DNA of 21,830 bases from Prasinococcaceae sp. CCMP 1430 (GCA_013416795.1 RQSC01000635.1:59870-81699), one strand, 5' to 3'; positions 1 to 8,787 are shown, counted from the first letter of the stretch. Made by a program: numbers and translations. Notes: generated from the sequence alone by a model not told the origin.

Positions 1-40
1 CGCCGGGCGCGCGGGCGAGCGCGGGCATCGCTCCGGGGGG

Positions 41-102
41 AGAAGGGAGAAGGGAGAAGGGAGAAGGGAGAAGGGAGGGGGCCGAGGGCCGAGGGCCGAG
101 GG
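41..102 (+). repeat. Short tandem repeats: (AGAAGGG)n followed by (GCCGAGG)x3
   Basis: Read directly: agaagggagaagggagaagggagaagggagaaggg, then gccgagggccgagggccgagg. Confidence 0.85.
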
Positions 103-638
103 CGCTGGCGGCTCCGGGGCGTCCCCTCGCGCGGCCTCGTCGGGAGCGCGCGCTGTGGCGCCCCCCCCCGCCCCAGCCGCGCACCGCAGCCACCCAGCAG
201 CTCTATCCAAAATCCGCACACACGCCGCCACGTCGTGAAGCGAAGCAGACATAAAAAATCTCAGCACCATCGAATCTAAAAGAAGCAGAAACAGAATAAA
301 AACGGAATGCTGTGCATGTGTGGTTGATTTTGATGGCATTTTATTTTTTTTAAATTTAACAAAATGTACAGTAATACTGCGAGACACATTGGAAGACACT
401 TTTTTTTTTTTTGGCGAGGCGGCGGTGCGGCCGGCGGCCGCCTCGGCGGCAGCGCACGCCCTAGCTAGGGTCAAGAGGGGGAGGGGAGGGGGAGGGGGGC
501 ACAACGCGCGCGCGGGGCAGGAGGGGGGTCAGGCGACTTCGCCGCCTCTCGTTCGGGCCGCTCGACTCGCACCTCCCGCTTCGCGCGGCGCGTGGGCTGC
601 GTCTGTGGCGGCCGCGGCGGGGGGGCGGCGCGCGCGCC

Positions 639-1252
639 NNNNNNNNNNNNNNNNNNNNNNNNNNNNNNNNNNNNNNNNNNNNNNNNNNNNNNNNNNNNNN
701 NNNNNNNNNNNNNNNNNNNNNNNNNNNNNNNNNNNNNNNNNNNNNNNNNNNNNNNNNNNNNNNNNNNNNNNNNNNNNNNNNNNNNNNNNNNNNNNNNNNN
801 NNNNNNNNNNNNNNNNNNNNNNNNNNNNNNNNNNNNNNNNNNNNNNNNNNNNNNNNNNNNNNNNNNNNNNNNNNNNNNNNNNNNNNNNNNNNNNNNNNNN
901 NNNNNNNNNNNNNNNNNNNNNNNNNNNNNNNNNNNNNNNNNNNNNNNNNNNNNNNNNNNNNNNNNNNNNNNNNNNNNNNNNNNNNNNNNNNNNNNNNNNN
1001 NNNNNNNNNNNNNNNNNNNNNNNNNNNNNNNNNNNNNNNNNNNNNNNNNNNNNNNNNNNNNNNNNNNNNNNNNNNNNNNNNNNNNNNNNNNNNNNNNNNN
1101 NNNNNNNNNNNNNNNNNNNNNNNNNNNNNNNNNNNNNNNNNNNNNNNNNNNNNNNNNNNNNNNNNNNNNNNNNNNNNNNNNNNNNNNNNNNNNNNNNNNN
1201 NNNNNNNNNNNNNNNNNNNNNNNNNNNNNNNNNNNNNNNNNNNNNNNNNNNN
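639..1252. other. Assembly gap (614 N)
   Basis: Run of n. Confidence 1.
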
Positions 1253-1891
1253 CTCGCGGCGAGCGCCGCGGGCAAGCGCAAGCGCGGGACGGCAGCTGCG
1301 GCGCCCGGGGGAAGCGTAGAGGGGGGCGCCGAGGGCGCGCGCGCCACCGCTGCTCCCCTCGAGCGCCCGCAGGCGGCAGCGAGGGGATCGCGCGCCCCGC
1401 CGGGGGCGCTGGACGCGTGGGCCGCGGCGGACCTCGCGGGCATGTCGGACAGCGAGAGCGAGGGCGAGGGGGACGGTGTGGCGGACTTTGAGGCCTACGC
1501 CGCCGGCGCGGCCGGCGCGGACCGGGCGGGGCCCAGCGGCACAGCCGCGCCCGCGGGGGGCGATGGGGGCGGCGATGAGGGCGCGGACGAGGGCGCGGGC
1601 GCGGGCGAGGGCAAGGGCGCCGCGGAGGAGGTGAGGGGTGCGGCCGCCCCCTCGCCACCAGCGCCGATCGACGTGAGCGCGCACGAGTCCGCCGCGGCGC
1701 TGCTGGCGGCGCACGGCGCCGACGCGCTCAAGGCGGAGCTGAGGCGGCTGGGGCTCAAGTGCGGCGGCGCGCCGCTGGAGCGCGCCGAGCGCCTGATGCT
1801 GCTGAGGACTTGCGCCCTCGACGAGCTGCCGCGCGAGCACTTCGCGGGGGCGGCGAGGCCCGCCAAGCGCGCCAAGGGGGCGTGCGCGTGA
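1253..1891 (+). CDS. SDE2: SDE2 homolog (splicing / replication-stress factor), 3' part; 5' part lies in the gap
   Basis: C-terminal PIDVSAHESAAALLAAHGADALKAELRRLGLKCGGAPLERAERLMLLR...LDELPREHFA matches the SAP-like 'LKxELxxxGLKCGGTxxERAxRLF' domain. The TGA follows immediately, as in SDE2; SF3A3 continues well beyond this domain. An acidic linker and a KRKR motif precede it. Confidence 0.8.
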   Translation, partial: LAASAAGKRKRGTAAAAPGGSVEGGAEGARATAAPLERPQAAARGSRAPPGALDAWAAADLAGMSDSESEGEGDGVADFEAYAAGAAGADRAGPSGTAAPAGGDGGGDEGADEGAGAGEGKGAAEEVRGAAAPSPPAPIDVSAHESAAALLAAHGADALKAELRRLGLKCGGAPLERAERLMLLRTCALDELPREHFAGAARPAKRAKGACA

Positions 1892-1992
1892 GCCGCCATC
1901 CCCGCGCGCCCGCGCGCGGTCGCGGGCGGCGAACGACAGGCGCGCGGCGTGCGTGCGCGCGTAGCGAAGAAATTTTGACCCATGGGCGACCC

Positions 1993-2098
1993 GTGTGTGC
2001 GTGTGTGTGTGTTGGTGTGTGTGTGTGTGTGTTGGTGTGTGTGTGTGTTGGTGTGTGTGTGTATGTGTGTGTGTGTGTGTGTGTGCGCGCGCGCGCGC
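1993..2098 (+). repeat. Interrupted (TG)n microsatellite grading into (GC)n, between the convergent SDE2 and RPA12 3' ends
   Basis: Read directly. Confidence 0.95.
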
Positions 2099-2136
2099 AC
2101 AGGCGCGCCCCCATCCTCGCCCACCGCTGCCGGCGC

Positions 2137-2696
2137 TCACTGCGCGTTGGTCCAGTGCGCACCGCACCTGCAGCACTGGTAGATGATCGTCGAGCCCTCG
2201 TCCGCCCGCCTCGTCTGCTCCTCGTGGTAGTACGCCTCGCCGTAGCCGCACGACGGGCACTGCGCGCTCGTTTTGGTGCCGGTGGCCTCGAGCTCCGAGC
2301 GAAGGTTCACCACCGCGCCGGCGGCGTGCGCGGCCTTCTCCTCCCTCGTGGGAAGCTGCGCCTCGGCTGCGTGTGCGCGCGCGCGCGAGTGAGCACCGGT
2401 GTGTGTGGGTGCGCGCGCGAGCGAAGGGGCGGTGCGCCGTGGGCGCCGACAGCGGCGCGCGCGCGCACGCACCGATGACACTCCGCGCCAGCACACGCCA
2501 GCTGTACCCGCAGTGTGGCGTCAAGCAAACCAGCCTCGCCCAGCCCGGCTCCTTTTCCTCGGGGACGGAGTACTGGAGGCAGCGCGCGCGCAAACACGCA
2601 CACGCACACGCGCACGAGCACGCACACGCGCGTGCGCGCGCGCACACGCGGAAGCACACACACACACACACGCACGCACGCACACACACACGCACG

Positions 2697-2737
<41 letters not shown>

Positions 2738-2999
2738 GCGCGCGAGTGCGAGTGCCCCGTGCGCGACAAGCACCACACGAGAGGAGGGCGCGGGCGTGTC
2801 AGCAGGTCGTCTCACCCGCCATGCGCCTGCGCCGCCAATCGCTGCCGTGCTGCGCATGCGCGCGCGCGCAGACACACGCACACACACGCACACGCACACA
2901 CACGCACACGCACACACACACACACGCCCTCACCTGCAGCATGTTGTGGTCGTACGGGCAGAAGGAGACGTTGGGGGACGCCGAGGGTATGGGCGCGGG
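2137..2999 (-). CDS. RPA12: RNA polymerase I subunit RPA12-like (TFIIS/RPA12/RPB9/RPC11 zinc-ribbon family). Three exons: ~2999-2934, 2572-2473, 2366-2137. Start codon not visible.
   Basis: Spliced translation: ...PAPIPSASPNVSFCPYDHNMLQ|YSVPEEKEPGWARLVCLTPHCGYSWRVLARSVI|AEAQLPTREEK...QCPSCGYGEAYYHEEQTRRADEGSTIIYQCCRCGAHWTNAQ*. Donors GTGAGG (2933) and GTGCGT (2472); acceptors CAG (2573) and CAG (2367); phases 0 and 1 keep the frame. QTRRADEG resembles RPA12 QLRSADEG more than RPC11 QTRSADEP. Confidence 0.8.
2367..2472 (-). other. Intron 2 of the RPA12-like gene (106 nt)
   Basis: GTGCGT donor, GCTCAC branch-like motif, CACGCAG acceptor; phase 1 restores the frame into the C-terminal zinc ribbon. 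Confidence 0.8.
2573..2933 (-). other. Intron 1 of the RPA12-like gene (361 nt), containing two (TG)n/(CA)n tracts at ~2595-2745 and ~2870-2926
   Basis: GT..AG ends with in-frame exon joining; the microsatellites are read directly. Confidence 0.8.
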
Positions 3000-3122
3000 C
3001 CCGCGCTCGCCCGGCTGCTGCGCGTGGTGGCGGACCTGCCGGACAGCGCGGTGATCCTGCCCGATCTCGACCTGCGCCTCGAGGCCGACGTGTGGGAGGC
3101 GCTCGGCACGGCGGGTGCGCCC
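3000..3122 (+). other. addB: Bacterial-like coding fragment resembling alphaproteobacterial AddB (double-strand break repair), at a gap edge
   Basis: Translates to PALARLLRVVADLPDSAVILPDLDLRLEADVWEALGTAGAP. This recalls the AddB segment 'P.xARLLxxIAxLPxGAVxLPxLDxxLDxxxWxxL'. Recognised from memory; not searched. Confidence 0.6.
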
Positions 3123-3902
3123 NNNNNNNNNNNNNNNNNNNNNNNNNNNNNNNNNNNNNNNNNNNNNNNNNNNNNNNNNNNNNNNNNNNNNNNNNNNNNN
3201 NNNNNNNNNNNNNNNNNNNNNNNNNNNNNNNNNNNNNNNNNNNNNNNNNNNNNNNNNNNNNNNNNNNNNNNNNNNNNNNNNNNNNNNNNNNNNNNNNNNN
3301 NNNNNNNNNNNNNNNNNNNNNNNNNNNNNNNNNNNNNNNNNNNNNNNNNNNNNNNNNNNNNNNNNNNNNNNNNNNNNNNNNNNNNNNNNNNNNNNNNNNN
3401 NNNNNNNNNNNNNNNNNNNNNNNNNNNNNNNNNNNNNNNNNNNNNNNNNNNNNNNNNNNNNNNNNNNNNNNNNNNNNNNNNNNNNNNNNNNNNNNNNNNN
3501 NNNNNNNNNNNNNNNNNNNNNNNNNNNNNNNNNNNNNNNNNNNNNNNNNNNNNNNNNNNNNNNNNNNNNNNNNNNNNNNNNNNNNNNNNNNNNNNNNNNN
3601 NNNNNNNNNNNNNNNNNNNNNNNNNNNNNNNNNNNNNNNNNNNNNNNNNNNNNNNNNNNNNNNNNNNNNNNNNNNNNNNNNNNNNNNNNNNNNNNNNNNN
3701 NNNNNNNNNNNNNNNNNNNNNNNNNNNNNNNNNNNNNNNNNNNNNNNNNNNNNNNNNNNNNNNNNNNNNNNNNNNNNNNNNNNNNNNNNNNNNNNNNNNN
3801 NNNNNNNNNNNNNNNNNNNNNNNNNNNNNNNNNNNNNNNNNNNNNNNNNNNNNNNNNNNNNNNNNNNNNNNNNNNNNNNNNNNNNNNNNNNNNNNNNNNN
3901 NN
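3123..3902. other. Assembly gap (780 N)
   Basis: Run of n. Confidence 1.
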
Positions 3903-4197
3903 GCGCCCGCGGCCGCGGGGCGCGCCTCCGCGGCGGCGCGCTCGCTGCCGGGCATGCTCGCCGACGCGGGCTTCGACGTGTGGCTGGGCAACGCGCGCGG
4001 CAACGTGTTCAGCCACCGGCACGCGTGGCTCTCGCCCGCCTCGGAGGAGTACTGGGCGTTCTCGTTCGACGAGTTCGCCCGCTACGACACGCCGGCGCTG
4101 GCCGACTACGCCGCGCGCGCGGCGGGCGTGCCGAGCGTGGCGTGGGTGGGCCACTCGCAGGGCGGCGGCCAGGCCATCGCCGCCGCCGCGTGGCCGG
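3903..4197 (+). CDS. Acid/gastric-type triacylglycerol lipase (alpha/beta hydrolase), internal fragment
   Basis: SLPGMLADAGFDVWLGNARGNVFSHRH...YWAFSFDEFARYDTPA...WVGHSQG shows the family's DVWLGNxRGN, FSFDE and GHSQG nucleophile-elbow (4149-4163) motifs. Bounded by the N-gap and the single n at 4198. Confidence 0.9.
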
Positions 4198-4198
4198 N

Positions 4199-4825
4199 CC
4201 CGCCGAGGCGCCGTCTGCGTAGTCAAGACGCGATGTGTCCGTCGTCGGCATCTCAGCACCAAATCGTTCCGGACCGAATGCAAAGCCGGGCATTCCCTTG
4301 CCGCTGGCATCACGCAGCACAGCGATGGCATCTGGGCCCACATTGAGGTCGAGGCGATCGCCCTCACGCCGCGCTCGCCTGAGCACCTCGGCGCTCACGC
4401 CTGGGAACCGCTCCTGCCCTGCGCCGAAGTCCACCGTTGCTTCGGAGCGGTGCTCGCTTAGCGTGGTCACGCTGCCAATGTCGAGCGGCGTGTCTCTGTA
4501 CTCACTCGCCCGTGCGAGCTCTGGTAGCCTTACTTGCGCGTCAAGTGCAAAGTTGGGCACCGACACCGCAAGCGTACGACGGGTGGGGCCCACATCCGCA
4601 TCATAAGAGCCGGGGGGTGGCACCTCGCCGAAGCTACCAGCGCCGCTGCTGAGCTCCCTGAGCGCCTGGGCAGTCGCGTCGATCGCAAAGGCGACCGGTC
4701 CCTCCCTGTGGCCGATAATGACTGCCGGCGTAGACGGGAAGCGATGAGCGTCTGCTGTGGACACGTCGAGGCGCAAGACGTCCCCCTCGCGCTTGCCGCT
4801 GTGCTGCGCGATACCTCGTCCGGCG
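4199..4825 (-). other. Unidentified open coding fragment that replaces the lipase 3' half, possibly foreign
   Basis: About 200 stop-free codons on the minus strand with natural-looking composition (GKREGDVLRLDVSTADAHRFPSTPAVIIGHREGPVAFAIDA...). Less GC-extreme than the flanks, has no own start or stop, and begins at the n joint. Confidence 0.45.
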
Positions 4826-4828
4826 GGC

Positions 4829-4904
4829 GGGCCTCCGCGGCCGCCGTCGGCTGGGCCGGGAAGGGGGGGGCGATGGGCCTCCGCGGCCGCCGTCGGCTGG
4901 GCCG
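4829..4904 (+). repeat. Perfect 30-bp direct repeat (4829-4858 and 4875-4904) with a 16-nt G-rich spacer
   Basis: gggcctccgcggccgccgtcggctgggccg occurs twice. Confidence 0.9.
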
Positions 4905-4943
4905 CTCGCGCTCCGGCGCGGCCGCTATCGCCCCGCGGCTCGG

Positions 4944-4953
4944 AAAAAAAAAA
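4944..4953 (-). terminator. Pol III terminator (T10) downstream of tRNA-Pro
   Basis: Ten A on the + strand, starting 6 nt after the tRNA 3' end. Confidence 0.85.
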
Positions 4954-4958
4954 TCGCG

Positions 4959-5030
4959 GGGGAGTACCGGGAATCGAACCCGGGACCTCGCGCACCCAAA
5001 GCGCGAATCATGCCACTAGACCACACTCCC
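4959..5030 (-). tRNA. tRNA-Pro(TGG): tRNA-Pro (UGG), intronless, eukaryotic type
   Basis: GGGAGTG TGGTCTAGTGGCATGATT CGCGC TTTGGGT GCGCG AGGTC CCGGG TTCGATT CCCGG TACTCCC C. Acceptor, anticodon and T stems pair; anticodon TGG at 4998-4996; C73 discriminator; no encoded CCA. Confidence 0.96.
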
Positions 5031-5059
5031 TAGAGTTTCGGTTTGAGAAAACAACGTGG

Positions 5060-5067
5060 TATATAAA
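5060..5067. promoter_or_regulatory. TATA-like element (TATATAAA on +, TTTATATA on -) about 30 nt upstream of the tRNA, in the divergent intergenic region
   Basis: The sequence is read directly. The position (-30 to -37) fits the upstream TATA boxes known for plant and algal tRNA genes. Confidence 0.5.
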
Positions 5068-5356
5068 CGTTCTTACAACACACATCAAAATGCACTCAAA
5101 ATTTATCGTGGACCCCAAGACGAACCTTTATTGCGCGCGGGCGCCCGCGCCCACGGAAACGGCATCGGATTTCGGAGGATCGGCGCCACAGCGCGCCCGC
5201 CCCTGCTCCTGCTCCTCCTGCCGCCGCCCCCACCCGCATCCCTGCCCCGCTCGCCCCTGGGGGCTCGTCCTCCCACCTCGGCGCGCGGGCTGCCGCGCGC
5301 GAGGGGGCGGGCGCGCGGCGCGAGGCTGCCTCCGACGGGGCAGCAAGGGGGACCGC

Positions 5357-5743
5357 ATGCGCTGCCGGGGCGCGAAGCTCGCCGCGGCGTGCGCCTGCGG
5401 TGCGGCGGCGGGGTGCGTCGCGGTGTACTTTGCGTCGGAGGTGGTGGTGCGGCCGCTCGCGTACAAGCTGCAGGGCGAGGCGAACGTCGCGAGGCTCGTA
5501 GCGGAGGGGCGCAGCGGCGCACGCGCGGTCGTGGTGCAGCAGCAGCACCAACAACACCAACACCAACACCAGCACCAGCGCCAGCACCAACAGCAGAAGC
5601 CTGATGTTGCGGGTGCCGTCGCATCGCCTCCGCCTCCGCCTCCGCCCCCGCCGCCACCATCGCCGCCACCATCACCGCCACCACCGCCATCGCCGCCTCC
5701 CCCGCCACCTCACGAGGCAGCACACGAGCGCGACCGACAGGGC

Positions 5744-5793
<50 letters not shown>

Positions 5794-6442
5794 AAAGCAA
5801 CAGCAGGACCCGCCGCCCGCCAAGCTCGTCGAGGGCCTCGTCCAGGCGGGCTTCTCCCGCGAGCGGTCCCGGGAGGCGCTCTCCGCCGTGTACGCGTCCG
5901 GCGCCGCGTCGCGCGCCGCCGACCTCGACGACGAGGCGGCCGCGCGGGCGGTCATCAGGGCGGCGCACGACTGGCTCTTCGCCGACAACAAGGCCCACGG
6001 CCTGGCCGAGTTCGAGGCCGAGCGCACCAGCCTGATGCGCCCGCGGACGGACATGGACGGCTACGCGGTCACGTGGGGGATACACCACAAGACGGACACG
6101 GCCGAGGAGTGCGGCGCGCGGTGCCTCGCGTACGCGCCCGCGCCGCCGTCGTGGTACGTGTGCAACGTGTGGGTGTGGTGCGCGGCGGAGGGCGACACCA
6201 GCGACGACCCGGTGTGCTTCGCGCCCGCCGCGCACAAGTTCGAGAAGGGCCAGTGCTGGCTGAAGCATCAGGACGACCCCCTGCACCCGCACGTCAACAT
6301 GCAGGGCGTCTACGACGAGGCGTACCGCAAGCGCCACCCCAGCGCGCCCCCGGTCGTCCAGTGGACGAGCGGCGTCGTCGTGCGCTCCGAGCGCGCGAGC
6401 GACGTCAGCAACGGCACCTGGAGCGCGCGCGCCGGCTGGTGA
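5357..6442 (+). CDS. Predicted membrane-anchored protein: N-terminal hydrophobic anchor, polyQ/H and polyP stalk, UBA-like three-helix segment, C-terminal PAN/Apple-like domain
   Basis: First in-frame ATG after the intergenic region is at 5357 (MRCRGAKLAAACACGAAAGCVAVYF). LVEGLVQAGFSRERSREAL...AAHDWLF is UBA-like. WGIHHKTDTAEECGARC...CNVWVWC...CF...GQCWLK is the PAN/Apple cysteine pattern. Strong GC3 bias. Confidence 0.75.
5535..5806 (+). repeat. Coding CAG/CAA/CAC (polyQ/H) and CCG/CCA/CCT (polyP) low-complexity tracts
   Basis: Read directly. Confidence 0.9.
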
Positions 6443-6690
6443 GCTCGGCGGCGGCGGCGCGAGGCCGCGCCCCCCCAAAAAGGAAATGACTTTCGCCGAC
6501 GCGCAGCATTTTCGCGCGCGCCCGCCCCAACGACCACGATCACATAACGCAACACACATGTACAATCACGCCGGCGACGCACCCGCACAAAGCTGGCGCG
6601 ACAGAGAGACTGATGAGAGCGGCGCGAAAGAAGGAAGGTTCGTACATTCAGTACAGCACAAACTAAAGTCCTACTACAGTAGCTAGCTAG

Positions 6691-7869
6691 CTAGACACCA
6701 ACAAGCAGCTGCTCGTGGAAGATGAGAAAGGAGTACAGGTACCGGCCGTCCGTGGTCTTGGCCATGACCTGCACGGGCTGGCCGTCGAGGCACGCGCTCA
6801 TCCCCAGCGTGGTGAAGCCCACGTCCAGGCTGTACGTCGCGGCGTCGAACAGGTGCTGGTAGAAGTCGAAGGTGTACACCGACTCGGTGTCGAAGGTGTA
6901 CATGGCGGCCCTCTCGAGCGACGTGAGCGTGCGCTTGCGCTTGGCCGCGCTCACGTCGCCGCGCGCGAACCTGCCGCCGAGGAGCGTGTTCTCCTCGGCG
7001 AACTCGAGCCCGAGGATGTCGGGCTCCATGCCCGGCGCCTCCACCGAGATCGTCTGCGCCGTGGCGCCCAGCAGCGCGTAGACGCGCGGGCGCTCCCCGA
7101 GCAGGTCGATCCGCGCGCCGGGCGCGAGCTTGCGGATGAACGCCGACGCCGCGCTCAGCACCCACTGCGGGGGCAGCCTGCGGAGCGGCCGCTCGAACTC
7201 GTGCCCGCTGACCGCCTCGGCCAGCGAGACCTCCTCCTTGAAGCGCCCCTGCACCACCGCGTGCATGCGGCGCTTTCGATTCGCGAAGTACGCGCCGTCG
7301 CGCCGCGGGTCCTCGGAGGGCACGTCGCGCAGGCGCAGCAGCACGCTGCCCTCGAAGAGCTCGCTCTCGAACGGCACGGGCACGCCGAGCGGCAGCGGCC
7401 CCGCGCCGTGCGAGGGCGCCACCATGCCCGGCACGGCGGTGTTCACGCAGAAGAAGACCGGGCGGTTGGGCCACGCCGAGGGCGGCGGCACGGACGTGCG
7501 CATGCCCCACACGGGCCCCAGGAGGTCCTCCTCGCCGTCGGCGGGGCGCGAGCGCCGCGTCATCGCGCGGCGCAGCGCGCGGACGCCGGCGGCGGGCATC
7601 GGCGCACCGCCCTCCTCCTCGCCGCCCGCTCGGCCGACCGCGCAGTCTCGCGCGTCGTCGGACTGCCCGTCGATGTCGCCCCTGAGGTCGGCGAGCGACG
7701 GCCCGCGCACGGCGTGCGCGAGCATGCTCGTCTCCCGCGCCAAACGCACGAGCGAGCGCCTCGAGCGGACGCCGGCGCGCCGCACGGCGAAGTGCACGGC
7801 GCATCCGGCGGGCAGCGCCACCAGCGCGCCGCACAGCCGCGAGCCCGAGGCGGCGACCGCCGCGAGCAC
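6691..7869 (-). CDS. DUF1769-type domain protein; true 5' end uncertain (first in-frame ATG at 7725; frame open upstream to ~7870)
   Basis: PFESELFEGSVLLRLR...YFANRKRRMHAVVQGRFK...GHEFERPL...YTFDFYQH...LDGQP matches the pattern I recall for DUF1769 (PF08588). Ends at TAG 6691-6693. Confidence 0.7.
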   Translation of the reverse strand: MLAAVAASGSRLCGALVALPAGCAVHFAVRRAGVRSRRSLVRLARETSMLAHAVRGPSLADLRGDIDGQSDDARDCAVGRAGGEEEGGAPMPAAGVRALRRAMTRRSRPADGEEDLLGPVWGMRTSVPPPSAWPNRPVFFCVNTAVPGMVAPSHGAGPLPLGVPVPFESELFEGSVLLRLRDVPSEDPRRDGAYFANRKRRMHAVVQGRFKEEVSLAEAVSGHEFERPLRRLPPQWVLSAASAFIRKLAPGARIDLLGERPRVYALLGATAQTISVEAPGMEPDILGLEFAEENTLLGGRFARGDVSAAKRKRTLTSLERAAMYTFDTESVYTFDFYQHLFDAATYSLDVGFTTLGMSACLDGQPVQVMAKTTDGRYLYSFLIFHEQLLVGV

Positions 7870-7871
7870 CC

Positions 7872-8327
7872 GCCAAGATCGCGCAGGAGATTGTCGTCCT
7901 CGAAGAATCAGACAACGACGCAGCGAACGATCAGGACGAGGTCGCCGACTCTGAGCCGCTCGAGGAGCAGGCTGAGGCTGAGGTCGAGACTGCTGTTGTT
8001 CAGAGCACGCCAGAGATCGTCGAGGTGGTCGCGGAGGCCGAGGCGGAAGGGGAAGGCGAAGAGGAGACTCCGTGCCTGGTCTGTGGCTCGTGCGACGACT
8101 CAGAGGAGATCATGCTTCTGTGCGACGGCTGCGATAAAGCCTGCCATCTCTCCTGCGCGGGCTACAAGCGCGCACCCAAGGGCGACTGGTTCTGCATCGA
8201 GTGCAAGCCCACCAAGCGGGGCCTCGACGCCGCCGCCGCGTGGCGCAAGGCCAACGGCAAGGAAAACAACGCCGCGGAGGCCAACGCGGCGCCTGTAGCA
8301 AGGCGCTCTACGCGAAGCCGCCGGTAG
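7872..8327 (+). CDS. C-terminal fragment of a PHD-finger protein, with no start codon
   Basis: An acidic stretch, then CLVC...LLCDGCDKACHLSC...GDWFCIEC (C4HC3, 8073-8204), ending at TAG 8325-8327. No in-frame ATG between the upstream TGA (7683) and the finger. Confidence 0.75.
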   Translation, partial: AKIAQEIVVLEESDNDAANDQDEVADSEPLEEQAEAEVETAVVQSTPEIVEVVAEAEAEGEGEEETPCLVCGSCDDSEEIMLLCDGCDKACHLSCAGYKRAPKGDWFCIECKPTKRGLDAAAAWRKANGKENNAAEANAAPVARRSTRSRR

Positions 8328-8734
8328 AAGGTCGTCTCACTGGCGCGGGCCTCGAGGTTGATGCGACGGCGGCAGCACTCCAGCATGCCGTCGGATACGC
8401 TCCTTCGGGCACGCCCACGCACCCCAGAGTAGCGTGTGAGCGAGCGAAGCTTTGTACAGTCACTAAAAGCAGCTATATTTTACCGCGTTGCTCGAGTATG
8501 AGCGCCTTATTNGCGGCGGCGCCGCGGGAGGGGAGGGCGGCCGAGTCGAGGGGGGGTAGGGGCGAGGGAGCGCGAGAAAGGCGCCGGGCTCGCGCGCGCT
8601 CCTCGAGCGCTCGCGGGCGGAGGCGGCGGAGGCGGAGGCGCGTTCCCTTTTCGGTTGGCGGCGGGCGGCGTGTGCGTGGTGGGTCGGTGGGTGGGCGGGA
8701 CGCTCGCTCCGAAGGGAGCGAGGGAGGGACGGAC

Positions 8735-8787
8735 ACAACAACAGTAGCAACAACAACAACAGGAGGAGGCGGTAGCGGCGGCGGCGG
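8735..8787 (+). repeat. (ACA/GCA)n and (GGC)n tracts in the VPS35 5' region
   Basis: Read directly. Confidence 0.7.

Noticed and set aside
1-28. Possible minus-strand start ATG CCC GCG CTC... (MPALARAPG) running off the left edge
   Set aside because: Only nine codons are visible, so it cannot be supported.
2813-2850. ATG GCG G|GTGAG and nearby AG sites inside RPA12 intron 1, as an alternative first exon or mini-exon
   Set aside because: All candidate lengths (34, 28, 11 nt, or the 7-nt start) break the frame with exon 2, whereas the FCPYDHNMLQ exon joins in phase and supplies the zinc knuckle.
320-4461. Long ORFs in the track that span the N-gaps (e.g. 320-1891, 461-2923, 2373-4346, 2399-4222)
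   Set aside because: They are open only because N and CA/GC repeats contain no stops. The addB-like and lipase pieces share a frame only through the estimated gap length.
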